From the NCBI GenBank assembly GCA_038496445.1, contig JALMLS010000072.1, positions 96,754-160,753 of the forward strand: DNA of 64,000 bases. Reading direction: 5' to 3'. The first letter of the stretch is position 1. Every line of letters starts with the position of its first letter. This DNA is from Trichosphaerium sp. ATCC 40318. Taxonomy: Eukaryota > Protista > Tubulinea. This document shows, piece by piece, positions 26,294 through 39,670 of the stretch. The notes under the pieces are model-generated. The model was not told the origin of the DNA. It made no database searches and saw only the letters and a program-made list of their open reading frames with translations. Position numbers and translations under genes: made by a program.

Positions 26294-27883
26294 ATGTTCC
26301 ACCTGGACGGCGTAGACCCAGAAAATGATAAATCACAGCAAAACAGCGTAGATGGCGTAGAAAACACAAACAGCTTTCCAGTAGTTCAAGGCTTTATAGA
26401 AACGAGCCCCCTAGTGCACTCAGACAGCTCCACATCGTATGATGATATCCCCTCATTTCTCAAAGTACCTAAAACGCCTTAATTACTTACCACACGCGAA
26501 TAAACACTGTAGGGGTTCACTTGTGATGATATCACGCCACAATCACATAAAATCGTTATTTTTGACTCAAACTTATCAATTCGTGACGCCCTTCAATCTT
26601 TAGTAACTAACGGTACGTATGTGAGTATTTTTGTCAAAGTCTAATAAGAAAAAGACGTTGATTCTGGTGTAATTTGGGACAGTGCCAAATGTAAATTCTC
26701 AGAGGTAGTCAGGTACCATATAAAGACTTATGAGTGTACACTCAACGCCAAACGGGCGGTTTTACGCTTTCTTTTGTATAATTTTTTTAATCTGACTTTT
26801 AAAGCCTTGGTGACTTTGTATCAATGCTTCGTGTGCTCCACACGACAGTAGGAGCAGCTAATAAATCATCACAGCTAGCTGACAAGGCATTACGGAACCG
26901 CATAGGCAAGATTCTTTTCATTCATTTATTCAAATGTCAATTTTGTAGATTTTCGCTTATTATAATCATTCAGGTGAATGGAAAACAATTTTACAACAGC
27001 CAGAGCTATTCGAAGATACTAATAAAGGCGTACCCAAAGACGCACCAAATTTTATAGCACTGGAACCATCAGATTCGCTGTACGATGCAGCAGTATTGTT
27101 TATTAGATACGCTTCTGTCCGTATCCCAGTTATTGATACACTAAACGATAACACACTTACTCATGTGATGCATCCTCACCGTATCATAACATTCATTCTC
27201 AAAGTGGCACGTGCAGTGAAAATCAAAAAAAAAAAATTTGCTTTTTTTCTATTTTGCTGTCATGCGACTTTTTAGCTGCCTGGTTTTGACTTTTTTGTTC
27301 ATTAGTTGCCTAAAATGCCTTGGGTGATGAAACAAACAATTTCAGATCTATCTAAGCAACTTGCTGGATTCACAGCATCATCAATACTCGATTCAGTCTC
27401 AAAAGAAACGACTCTATCAAATTTGATTAATATTCTATATACTAATAATATGTCTCTGGTACCTATTTGTGATGCTGATGGCAAGTATATAACCTCTGTC
27501 CATTGGTGGAGGATTGCTCGGATTCAAAATTTGGCCGAATTCGAAAAGTTCTTATCTGAACCAATTGAAGCGATTTTTACTACCACAATCTCATCTACTG
27601 TACGTTTTAGTTGTTTTAACAGTATTTGGTTTGCGCGTAGACAGCCTTTTTTCTTTTAGATTTTTTCGTATGGCTTATCTTTGGTTTATAGGAGGAAGCC
27701 AGCATGGCCTGTAATATGAGCGATGCTCTTGGCACAGTTTTAGAAAAGATGTGCAGATTGAGGCAAGATACACTGCCATGTGTTGATGCTACTTCTGGAC
27801 GCTTGCAAGGCATCGTACAACTTAAGTCCGTTTTGGCTTTATTGTTGGACGACATTGTAAAAGAACAAGCGATAAAGTTTTAA
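26294..27883 (+). CDS. CBS-domain protein, AMPK gamma/SNF4-like
   Basis: TCDDITPQSHKIVIFDSNLSIRDALQSL, GVIWDS, FIALEPSDSLYDAAVL..RIPVID, SLVPICDADGK, DTLPCVDATSGRLQGIVQL; four CBS-like units. Confidence 0.85.
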
Positions 27884-28085
27884 AAACAAAAAAAATTGAA
27901 ACTAGAAAAAAAAGAGAATAAAGCAAAAAAAAATGTATTGTTAAAGCTGATCTTCTTTCAACTGTTTTGTCAAGACTAGTTTTAAGGATGGTATTGTAAA
28001 CATCTTTGAAGTTAAATCTTTGGAAACGAAAAACAAAGGCGCAAGCAATATCGTTGTAAACACTGTTTTATTTGTTTATCTAAAA

Positions 28086-28965
28086 TTACGCTTTGGAGTC
28101 AATCCATTTCTTGATTGGTTCAAGTGCTAGTACAGAATTGTACAGTTTGCTTACACGAGGTACAGGAGATAGATCAAGTGATTCAGGGATTGTCAATGAG
28201 ACATCACGAATCAATCCAGTGAGTAAGAGATCAGCGAAAGTAACTTCGGTTCCTAAAAAGATGTCATTTCACTTAGGCTTTTAAAGGATCGAAAATAACG
28301 AACCGGCAAAGTAGTCTCCTTCAGTTTGACCCAAAATGGTGTCAAAAGCCTTCAACTGAGCTTTTTGAGTCTCAGCAAATGCCTTCTTGTCTGCTCCACC
28401 AAAAGCGGCTGGTACCTACGGAGAAAAGGGTCAGGATGTTTTTTTTTTTCTCGAGTTCTCTAAAAGCGAAAGAAAATGTAATGTACCCAAGCGTCACGGT
28501 AAGAGATGTACGCTGAGGCAGCTCTATCAGTGTGGTAATCCTTTACAGGATCTACACCGTATTTGCCGATTTTTCTTGCTAAGAAGCGTGTCATGGCTAC
28601 GTGTTCGCATAGAACAAGACCTGAATGTAATTAGTACACTGTCAACGAATTCGTTTTTGAGTGAAGAAACGCATCAAACACGTCTCGTACCGTTCAAGTG
28701 CATGGTTGGGAGGCCTCCAAATGGGTTATCTCCACTGCTGATAATTGATTTTTTTTTGCCAGCCCACTCGTCTGGGTAACCAATGAGTTCTTCAGTAAAC
28801 TTGATGCCGTTGAGTAACATGAAGAATCTAACAGGTGTTTCAGTTTACGTAATGAATCTAGCTTCAAGACGCGTACCTGACGCAGCCACCACGGCCAGCT
28901 ATTTTACCGAGTTCAAGGTACACAAATTTAGGGACACCGCCGAGTTTATCGTTAACTGTTGTCAT
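28086..28965 (-). CDS. Glutathione S-transferase (sigma/alpha-like)
   Basis: KFVYLELGKIAGRGGCVR|FFMLLNGIKFTEE..NPFGGLPTM..|LVLCEHVAMTRFLARKIGKYG..|GTEVTFADLLL. Confidence 0.9.
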
Positions 28966-29312
28966 TCTTGTTGGTTTTTTGTTGATTTGAGTAACGATTT
29001 CATCGGAAATTCACATTTTTTCGCTCCATTTAGAAAAGCTTCCGAGGGTGATGTATTTAGCGAGGAAATAAAACTGTATGGCGCTAGAATTGTAATATGT
29101 AGTAGTGCTTGATTTGGAACAAACACGTTCACAGAGAGAAAAGAACCGTTTGACGTTTCACGTCAAAACTCATAGCACTAGCTTACAAAACATAATAAGG
29201 GCGTAAAACCGCTATCATAGTTCCCCACGTGCCAGGTATGTAAGCTAGTTGACTGACTGCGGAAAAACTCGTGGGTAAAAAAAAAACAGCGAAAAAGCGA
29301 CCAAAGCGTCAA

Positions 29313-30038
29313 ATGACTGAACATAAAAAAGAAGCACCTATTGCTACTCCTGACAGCCATGTTCTTTCTTCCCTGCGCGTCACAATAATTAAAACGCAAT
29401 GGAATGCCAGTTTAATTGATCCTCTCGCTGAGCGCGTGGAGAATAAGCTGGTATCTTGTGGTGTACCCGCTGACTTCATTACTGTTGTCAAAGCTCCAGG
29501 CGCCTATGAATTACCTTATACAGCGTCTTTAGTAGCAAAGAAGAACAAAGAATGTACATACACGAATTCTCAGGCAATTTCTAACAAAAAGGTGTAGTTC
29601 CTTTCCCAACAGTCATAATATGCCTTGGTGTCCTTATTAAAGGCGAAACGATGCATTTTGAGTATATTTCACAAGCAGTAACCCAAGTACGTCCTCAAAT
29701 CAAACCTAGGGCAGTTATCTAGACAAAAGAATTAAGGCCGCTAACTAAAAGCCGTTTAAAATTCCGTCACGTCACAAGCCACAGAACCATGCTGTAGTAT
29801 CGCTCAAAGCACTTTTTAACCCATCTATACTGCTCTGAGAGAACCATCGCTAACATCGTTTTACCTTTAGGGTATAATGCGAGTTCAACTTGATAATCAT
29901 GTCCCTGTGCTCTATGGTGTTCTGAATTGTACGAATCTAGAGCAAGCAAAGTCTAGATGTATAACGGATGCGACACACGGAGAATCACTAGCAACATCAG
30001 CAATTACAATGGCAACACTCACTGACACGTACAAGTGA
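29313..30038 (+). CDS. ribH: 6,7-dimethyl-8-ribityllumazine synthase (RibH/RIB4)
   Basis: LRVTIIKTQWN, APGAYELP, IICLGVLIKGETMHFEYISQAV, PVLYGVLN; two introns. Confidence 0.95.
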
Positions 30039-30465
30039 ACAACACAACATTACACCTCTATGTAAAATTGACAAATATGTACCCGCCTTGTAAATGATAA
30101 ACCGAGATTTTCTTTCAGTTCACTATCTAAAGCAAACGTTGCTGTCTTCTTGCTAAACGAAAAAACTTTTGAAAACGTGAACGGAAAACTCGCTCTTTTT
30201 TACCGTTTTGTGACCTTAAAATCCCCGCTTTATAACATCAATCGCTACTGCGCTTGGCCAGGTAGAGTATACTTCGTTTAGTTGGATGCTATGCGCAAAA
30301 ACAATAAAAATCAACGCAAGACGCGTGCCCAGACACGAAAACGCGTAAAACAAGTATAAAAGCCTTTTTTCGCTTACAGACAACTTACATTTACAAATTA
30401 AGGTCAAAACATCCTCTACACGCTCTATATACTATGCATACTCAGTAATCGCAAGTTTTGTCGTT

Positions 30466-32988
30466 ATGCTTGCTATTCTTGCTTCAATTTGGGTGAATAA
30501 CCCAAAAGAGAACCCAAAACGATCTGAGCGCTTGCATAAAGACCGTTGCCATCACTTTTTACAGTCTGTAGTGGCTGGCGACATCGAAACTGTCAGAAGA
30601 ATATTATCTTCCAAACGGTCTCCTTCTGTTATCAAATGCACCAATGAACGGAATGAAACAGCCTTACACAACGTTTTATATGGTTAGATATTTTCTTTTT
30701 AACTTAATCACGTTTCTTGACACGTGATAAAGGAGCTTACCAAGCATTCAACAGACATTTTCTGAGGTGGAATGAAGTACCTTTTAAGAAGATTTTGAGA
30801 TTGCTTTTAGACAACGGTGCAGATGTACGACAAGGCTCCTTATGCCCAGTAACATATGCTATTACATTTCGAATATCATGGGTAAGTGTTAGTAGTATCC
30901 ATTGGGAGCTAATTGAATGACTAGGCGCTTGAAGCTCTGTTAGAACATGAGAATACTGAAATAGAGAACGGTATACTTTCAAGTGATGATGCTTGTTATA
31001 CACGCAAAGATGCTCTTGGTAGAAACCTCCTACACTTAGCAGCATCATCTAGCTTTGCATCAGCATTCGCTAGAGTTTTTCTGAGGTCACCTAATAAGCC
31101 TCTACCTTCGACTATTTTGAACACTTTCAAGTTGAAGCCGATTCACAATTCTAAAAAACAAAGGCTCACTGCGCAGAGCGTTAATGATGCTGTAACCCCT
31201 TGGTTCATGCGATACATTCTAGTACATACGCCTATCAATGTTAATGAACAAGACAAAATGAATAATACACCTTTGCTAAGTGCTATTGACCAAGACCGTG
31301 AAGACACTGTCGAACTTCTCCTTGGTTCGTGAATAATGAAAGCGTGCCTTATTGCTGACAGATTTAGAACATGAGGCAGATGCGAATGTATGTGGTGGAC
31401 GTATTGGTTTATGTCCATTGCATATAGCCATGGCATTGAATAATACTAGAACAACAGAATTACTGCTAAAACATGGTGCGAATGCAACAATCGAAGATAA
31501 TTATGGAAGGTGACTATAATTTTCTATGTTTTTTTGAACTTCCTCGTAACTTTGATACAAATGTTATTCATCAATATATTCACAAGTCTATAGAGTACCC
31601 GAAAATATGGCTTTTAACCGTCAAGATAAGGCAGGTGATGGGAAAGATGCGAAAAACTTGCAAAATAGCAAAACGTAAACACAAAATGAATGTACTCTTC
31701 CTGACCGGTAATAGTACTACTGACACTGGCGGATGGAATACTTTTGCTTTAGATGAATATTCAATATCATATTGTGACATTGACAGGTGTGTTTTATTAC
31801 TCTTAACACGAGACTTTGCAACTTTTTGTTGACTGTTTTTCTTTTTATCAAGAGTTCCTTCTACAATAAGCCCAGAGGATTTTTTCAGAGATTATGTATC
31901 TATAAGAAAACCAGCAATCATCAGTGGTCTAATAAGGGATTGGAAAGCAAATGAGAGTTGGAAGAAAGAAAGATTGATGCACAAATATGGAACTCGTACA
32001 TTCGGTGTAAGTTTGTTGGTTAACTCATTTACTCTTTCATAATTTTAATTAAGATTGGGAGTATACCATACTCTAGTATATATGGGAAACAGACTCAACC
32101 ATCCACCCTCAAAGAGGTACGTACGTAAGCTTCAGAACAATTTACAAAACAAAACAATGAACAATTTTCAAGTCTTGAATAACAACGACTCTCACTCCCA
32201 GTTCTGACTCCGAGTATTCCCATTTTATAAAAATATCATTACACATACCATATTGTAATATGTTAGACCTATCAATATTTTTGTAGTAGCACATAAGTTT
32301 TGGTTTTTGTTGTCCGTTCTGTTTGCCATGTAAAAAAAAGTTTTCAGTTTTTTTTTGTATTCACAACTTTATTAGTATGTTGCATACATGGATGGTATTA
32401 ACTATCAAGAACCTTATACTTCACCAATGTATATGTTTGATGGTAGAGCGAGTCACCATATTTTAGAATTTGAGGACGATTTCTCCTATCCAGAAATATT
32501 CAATTTCACTTCACGATTGAAACAGTAAGAATGTTATTTTTATCTTGCCATTCTCAACACTCTTCATGTAGATTTATACTCGGTCCTCCTCTCTCAGGTG
32601 CTCCACCTCATTTCCATGGACACGCATGGAATGCTTGTATTTTCGGTGCTAAGAGGTGCAAGTTTTAACAACAACGAGATTGCTCACTGCATTGTTAGGT
32701 GGATACTTTATCCTCCAAAGTATTCTTTTTTTTCAACAAAACCAGTGCTGGAGTGGTTCAATAAAGACTACCCACATCAAGGTACTGTTATGGTTGTCAG
32801 TTAAATTAAAATAAAATAGAAGGCGGTATGGAATGCATGCAATATAGCGGTGACATTATGTATGTACCCTTAAACTGGGGACATGCGGTACAAATTATCA
32901 AAAATTGATTGTTTTTCTTTAATGATATTTATAGGTTCTCAACATACAGCAAAGTGTTGCACTTGCTATTGAATTTGAAGAGTACTAA
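30466..32988 (+). CDS. Ankyrin-repeat + JmjC (JMJD8-like) protein
   Basis: Ankyrin: NETALH, GRNLLH, VNEQDKMNNTPLLSA. JmjC: FFRDYVSIRKPAII, FILGPPLSGAPPHFHGHAWN, KRWILYPP, GDIMYVPLNWGHAVLN. Confidence 0.88.
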
Positions 32989-33239
32989 CAAGCTTGTATT
33001 ATAATAAAAAGAACTCTGTTTGTTCTAACCCTTTTTATGCTCAACAACAGTTTGTTGATAATTTATCAATCAAAAAACCACCTTTGTGAAAAAGTATTTT
33101 TTATTGTACTAATAAGTCACATGGCTATTTTATAACTAGTGTTTGTAAACACGCCTACATTGAATGCACTCTTTTCTTATGAACCACAATCTTTTTCACA
33201 TCTTCACTTACACAAGAACGAAAGGCGTAAGTGTTTTCT

Positions 33240-33420
33240 ACCCAGTGCTTTAATCTCTGTCAGTTTTTGAAGTGTCGTTGAGGGAAATGGTATGAACTCC
33301 AGCAAGTGCTTTTGCCCTTATCTGATACTGAAGTGTGATTGAGGTAAATAGTATGAACTCCAGCAAATGTTTAAGCGTAATAGCGTCCTATCTGATAGAA
33401 CAAGTAAGCTAGTTTATGAC
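33240..33420 (-). pseudogene. Decayed leucine-rich-repeat gene fragment ('GVHTIxL..SDxGLKHL' type)
   Basis: Direct repeat gag(g/t)aaat(g/a)gtatgaactccagcaa near 33280 and at 33341. Allowing several 1-2 nt indels, the minus strand reads KHxAGVHTIYLNHTSVSDKGxKHxAGVHTISLNDTSKTDRxLKH. Confidence 0.6.
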
Positions 33421-33653
33421 AGATTTGTTGAGCGTTAAGCGAATAGCGTGTATTAATATCTGTAGAAGCTGCAAAACATTTGACGACGTTAAACTTTATT
33501 TGTTGCCACATGATTAATATTGACTATGCTTTGACCGTTTTAGTACAAGTTTTTTTGGGGTTTTTTTTCACGTTACCTTGGTTTGTTTTTTTTAGTCACG
33601 TTTTTATCTCCAAAAACACCAAAACCTGGCGCAATTCCTAAGGGATAATATAG

Positions 33654-34230
33654 ATGAGCGAAAGCGCTTGTAAAAGTACTTTTGAACCGCTACCTAAAGT
33701 ACGCTCTTAACTTAGTTTTATTTTTGCTCAAAAAGACCAACAAACGTTTCTGTACAGACATGGCTCATAGATAAACTCCTCATGGATACTTTGTACATTA
33801 AATACAACAGTTTATTTCTAAATATATCTAAAAACAGTTTCTTTAGAACAGAGGCTGGTCTACAGACGCCGAAAAAGAGAAATTAGATAAAGAGGACCAC
33901 AGAAAAAGTAAAATTTAAACCTTTCCTTTTTTTACTTTTACTCACGTGATCAAAGCGATTCATATTATAAAATCACGTGGTACAAGAAAAAAGCAACCCG
34001 GTGTATCTCTATCAGATTCATTCACACCTCTACCTGGTCGTAAAACGTTCAAAAATTGGATAATCAAAAGCGCGCAACATGCTGACCAAGAAATATCATC
34101 GCCAGCTGTTGAAAACCTTTTTTGCGAGATTGCAGAAGAATGGCTCAAAAAGCAACCTCAAAAAGTAGACGTAACAGAAGGTCTATTACTAAGGATGGAA
34201 ATGCCAATAGACAAGATGTTACTGGCGTAG
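33654..34230 (+). CDS. Small hypothetical spliced protein
   Basis: ATG at 33654 with GT-AG-bounded exons; an internal repeat FEPLP..TWLI / FTPLP..NWII; no family recognised. Confidence 0.35.
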
Positions 34231-34973
34231 TGTGAACTTCAAAAAAACCCAAATACACATCGATTTTGACAAAAAAAACCAAACACGAACACGAATTAAT
34301 TACCCTCATCCTCTGTGTGACGCAAGGCATCAAGGTTGCACCCATTAGGGTATTGACAAGCATTTCGACTACCTTTTTCTCAAAAAGAATGACAAAACAA
34401 TGCACACTGCAACACGTACTTTGTTGCAACTGGAAAGTGCAGTCTGGGCGTCTTGCGTATTTGGTTTTTTTATAAAACGTTTTGAAAGATTTAATGCATA
34501 CTCTTGTACGCAATAGAACACAGTAGTAATGAGTTTATGAGTGTTTAAAGTGTTTTTGGTACAAAAGTTGAAGATAACGATGTCAATTTACTTAATATTT
34601 GTTTATTTACATTCTCCACGCGCGATACAACGTACCTATGCCAAAATCATTTGCAATTCGTCGGTAATTCTCACAACATCCGATTCGAACGTAAAGTCTG
34701 TCGTTTTACGCCTAGGTTAACAGTCAGAACTACACCAGGTATAGTAAAATAAGACTAGTATTGTTTTTAAAAGAATCAGTAGTGCTTAGTTTTGCATCAG
34801 AAGGGTCAGAACAGATCCGGTTGGCATCACAAGTTGGTTTTTAAAGTGAAAAGTGCTTGTAGCGACCCGTACCTTATCGAAGAGATGCTTTGGTGAGTTG
34901 TAGCAGATAATAAATGACTTGGGTACGACTTTATCGCGATTTCTTTTATGTATTATTTCTTCGGACAGTGATT

Positions 34974-35860
34974 TTAAAACATTCCGCATAAGATCGAAAA
35001 ACGTTTATTAGTTACATAGGCACTCGCTGTAATCAATAGACACAAAACCATGTAGCTTGAAGCCACGATAGGCCAGCTACCAGAAGTTGTCACTACAATA
35101 GGAGCACTTGTAGTAGGCGATTGAGTTGAAGGCACAGCTGTTGGCTCAGTAGTTGGCGGCATTGTTGGAACCTCAGTCGTTGGTACTAATGGAGCTGCAG
35201 AAGTTGGAGCGTCAGTTGGAGTGTCAGTTGTTGGCTATAGTTGTTGGCAAGGCTAGCACTTTTTGTGCTTCAATAGTTGGTGGCATTGTTGGAGCCGCAG
35301 TACTGGGAGCTTCGGTTGTTGAACTCAGTAGTCGGTTGTTGGAGCATCAGTTGTAGGAGGTTCAGTTGTAGGTGCACCAGTTGCGTTTGTGTTGTAATAT
35401 TAGCTCGCTCTTCTGGTACTTTTGTGAACTTAGATCTCCTATGTATAGTGCAATTCAACACTTGACGTGATCCGCATGAGGCTGGCTCTGTAAAGGTCTG
35501 TAGCGCTACGAAATTTATTGGGGAAACACCAACATGAGAACACTCATGGGAAGCATGTGGTGAACGTAATCTTCTTGATCAACAACAGTTTCAAACTACA
35601 AAAAGGAGATTAAAATAAGAAACCTAACTTTGGGTTTTGTACTGAAACACCATGATAGGCAGTGCTTTCTGAGACATTAAAATATTGGCAAGCATATGTT
35701 GTACCCCAGCCAGGTATTGTATAACCTTAAAACAAGAGAATAAGCTACTTAAACCGTACATTGTTTTCAACATTTTTACAACTATATAAAAACAAGCGCT
35801 TCATTTATTTACCTTTCATGTGCATTTCATCTCTTAATCCACCTCGAGATGCACTGGTAT
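34974..35860 (-). pseudogene. Copper type II monooxygenase (DBH/MOXD1-like) fragment with Pro/Thr mucin stalk and hydrophobic C-terminus; frameshifted
   Basis: GYTIPGWGTTYACQYF..|FETVVDQEDYVHHML(frameshift)HECS. PTTEPPTTDAP-type repeats switch frame several times. Tail WPIVASSYMVLCLLITASAY. No C-terminal catalytic half seen. Confidence 0.65.
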
Positions 35861-36748
35861 CTGTTCCAAAAAAGTAACTGAATCAGCAACAAACAAAAAA
35901 AAGGCACAAGTACGAACTTCTGTCAAGTACAATCTAAAACAATGAAAAAAATAAGAAAAAAAAATACATCTATTTGATACGTGGAACTGAAACGTATCAC
36001 TGCTTGACCATGCTACTACAATCTTATTTTGTCCAGATACAATATTTTGGTCTTATGTACTGGTAAAAAACAAAAAAACAGAACAAGGTATTCGTAGACG
36101 CTCACATTTTGATCACCTGTCTTTAGTTTTCTTCGACAGGAGTTCTTAGTTAGTTTGCTTTGAATATGTACACCCAAAATAGTAATAACAACAATCGCTG
36201 CACTTACACTTTCATTTTTACGCAAGTTTAGAGGTATTGCAATAATGACCAAACGAAGTGGTACTTTGCCTTCTTTTTTAGTTGCGACAGTTGGAGTCGC
36301 TGAAAAAACTTGTCAGTTGGTGTATGAGCAAGACGTGTACAACATCTTTGATCACGTGTTTCGATAACTTATTGCACTAGGCGTTTTTAAGCATTCCCAG
36401 TTTTTTTTTTGTTTTTTTACGAAATACGAGTGCTCACTTACCTGTTTTGATTCTTCTTTTCTGTACTACCTGTTTTAATACTACAGTAGTATACTACAGC
36501 ATAAACCGAACAATAAGACACTTTTTCAATAACCCAGCCGAAAAACAATTAATACGCAGTAAAGTAAGGTTTTACTAGTGCAACAGCGTAGGGACTAGCA
36601 TAGAGAGTACTGTAAGTGATTAAAGGCAGAGAAATGCGAATGTGGGAACTCAAAACAGCTTACTTAACTCCCGGTATAATACAAACTGCCTAAACTGATT
36701 TGTGTGTATTTTTTAATTGAGGCAAGTAGCAACTCCGGCAAAACCGCT

Positions 36749-39670
36749 ATGGCAGCGGTAACCGTAAGCTCGGGTTCTGAATCATCCAAGGATGGTATTA
36801 GGAGCAAAAAGAATAAAGCCTCATCGGTACTACTACGGTCTAACTCATTTGTACTACAATAGATATAGCCTCAAAAACGCTGTTTTTAATTCAAAAAACG
36901 AAAAAAAACCCAAAACGCTCTCCCTTATACGCCACTAACGATAATATTGAAGAGACTTAAACGCCAAGCAAGCGTAATGAGGGTTGATAAGACTAAAATA
37001 TTCCCTCCTGAAAAATCGATAGAGGACGTCGTGGTATATATTGTGAGCGAAAGGCTAGGTATTCATACCGTTTTAAAGCTTTATTTCATCATTTTTTTAG
37101 CAATTAATTACTTACTTAATTTAAAATAGGTATTGAAGGTGTAGATGTTGCTCCCTGGGTTAAGCTACTTAAACAGCATCTAATTTTCAACTTGGGTTTA
37201 TTATGCAGGCAAGTGTTGTCCTTAAAAATCGATTTTTCGGAAAAAACCGAAAAAGGTCAAAACAAGAAATCGAAAAAAAAAAAAAAAAGTTGTTGATTTT
37301 GAAAGCGCTCAATTTCATTTTTTATTGATATAATACGCATAAACGTGATTATTTAATAATAATTAAAGCGTTTTAAAGGAGATTCAATGGATTTTTTTAA
37401 GTACAAGATTTCCAATCTTAACGTTTTGATAGGTTGTCTGTAGATCGCTTAAAACGCGTTGGATTACCTCTATTACTTGAAGAAGAGCTTGCACAAGCTA
37501 TTGATTGGTCTACAAACCAAAAAGAGAAGCTACCACTCGTCGTATGATCAAAAAAACAATAAGTTTTCTTTTTTGGAAGGTTTTCGGCTTTCTTCCTTTC
37601 TTGGGTCTTATGATCTTTACTAATGCTTTTAATTACCTAATAAATATACAAGGCAATGTTTGCAGGTGATATACAGACTCTAAAGAGTAAAGTACCGTCC
37701 GTATCAAGCTCTGATAGGAGTTCTCTTTTGGGTATTACAACAAAAGAGCGAAAAATGATTAAAGACAGCTGGGACAAAGCTATGGCTATCACACGGGATT
37801 CAGCAGACGTGGATCTATTTGAGTACGCTATTGTATTACGTTTAACTACTTTTATTATCTAAATATATGTCATTTACATTAATATTCTGAAAACTACAAA
37901 AACGTGATTGTTTTTCTTTACTGCTCTTTTTTTTTGTTATTCGCTCCTCAACATGTCACAAACTATTTCTTTCTAGGAGGTGCATTACTATATTATTTAT
38001 ACATATATACTCATTACACATATACTATTACAAACATCATGAACTCTCACTCTTCGTGGGCAACCTTTTTTTTTTTTCATGTTCCTACGTTTGTCTGTTC
38101 CATTTTTTTCTCGTTCAGAGCTCTGTTATTTTCACCTTTTGTATTTTCTCTATTTGTGATTGTAATTGTTAACTCTGACTGTTTCTTTTAGGACATTTTA
38201 TAGCAAATTCATGAGCGAAAATCATGTGGCTAAAAAGTTATTTGTGGTATGTTACAAATAGAGAACTTTACCAAGTGTTTTGTATTTTTTTTCCTGAGGC
38301 GACAAGTTTATTTAACACGTTTTTATAGGGCACAACACCGAAGAAGCAAGCCTCTGTATTGAAGAAAATTATACGTAAGATATTAGAGTCATTAGATAAC
38401 CCTACAGAGGTCACTACGAGACTAAGCAGGTTGGGTAAGTATAATAAAACAAGATTTAATTCGAGTTTGTTGATCTTTTTTCAGGTGCACGTCACATGAT
38501 TTATGGAGTCAAGGGTGAAGATTTTAGATCATTTGCTTTGGCGTTTACACAAGCTATGGAGGTTGTTTGTACTGATATTGTACGTGTTATTATTTTCGTT
38601 CAAAAAGCAGCCGGGTTACAGTCGAAACAAAAAAACGGTTTTTGTACACTTAGTTTGAACTTTTTCACGTTTAATCTGCTTTGGATACGTTTTGTGCATA
38701 CTGAAATAATTTTTTGTGATATCTATGGATATATTATTGCTGTTGCTAATATTCAGGATTCTTCAAAAAGTGTCTAAGATGCTTTACTTTTTTTGGAAAG
38801 CAGCTTGCATTATTTAACTCATTTTTTGGTTTTAGATGACACCTGCACTTAAAGAGGCATGGTATTCTCTTATAATAAATATGGGGAAAGTAATGACAAG
38901 AGATTATGAAAAGATTAAAGAGGTATGTCACGTGATTTTATATGGATTCTATTGCATAGTTTTTTTATTTTTATCAAAAAATCACTTTACTGAATGAGTA
39001 TTATCTAGGGAGTTAAGGGTGACTTGTGGAAACGGTCAGGCGCTAAATGGACAAAATATACATATAAAATCACACATGAAACATTGTTTATTTACAAAAC
39101 AGAGGAAGTATGTTACGACCACTTAAAACATTTTTTTTTTGATTTAGCAATTTGTATTTCGGTGTTTTTATTTTTTTTCTCCATTCGGTGGTTGACTAGC
39201 GTTATCTAACTATCTTCATTAAGTGTATTAAAGTTCGAGATGAGATTATTCTTAGAGATGTCACAAACAAAGCATTTGGTGGTGACTTGGATAGTGCACC
39301 TTATAACTTTTGTTATTCTTTTGATATCAGAAATGCTGGTGGAGCTACCAAATATCAATTTTGCTTCGACACACAAAACGCTCAGAAGAAGTTTGCTATG
39401 CTAGTCAATGAACGTGTTGTGGCACATGCGCGTGCATATAGAGAGAGGGATGATTCTGGATCAGGTATGCACATATTTCGTATGAAGTTTCAAACGTTTT
39501 TTTTTTTGCGGAACGACTTTTTTTTCGTTCGTCGTTGACTTTGGTTGATAGGATCTATCAAATCTCAGAGCTCTGAAATGCATCTAGTAAGAGACTTTTC
39601 TAGTAAACTAAAAGGGGCCATGTCACGTAAGACCAAGACACTATCACGACCGACTTCAGGAAAACAATAA
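36749..39670 (+). CDS. SAM-like + globin + PH domain protein
   Basis: Globin: ITTKERKMIKDSW, FYSKF, AKKLF, KKQASVL, LSRLG|ARHMIYGVKGEDF, TPALKEAW. PH: VKGDLWKRSGAKWTKYTYKI..LFIYKTEE..YQFCFDTQNAQKKFAMLV. SAM-like: PWVKLLKQHLIFNLGLLC|RLSVDRLKRVGLPLLLEEEL. Confidence 0.85.

Noticed and set aside
29687-29870. FMN riboswitch or snoRNA in the long lumazine synthase intron
   Set aside because: No RFN consensus (GGTGAAATTCC..ACC, CGGATGG) and no C-box found.
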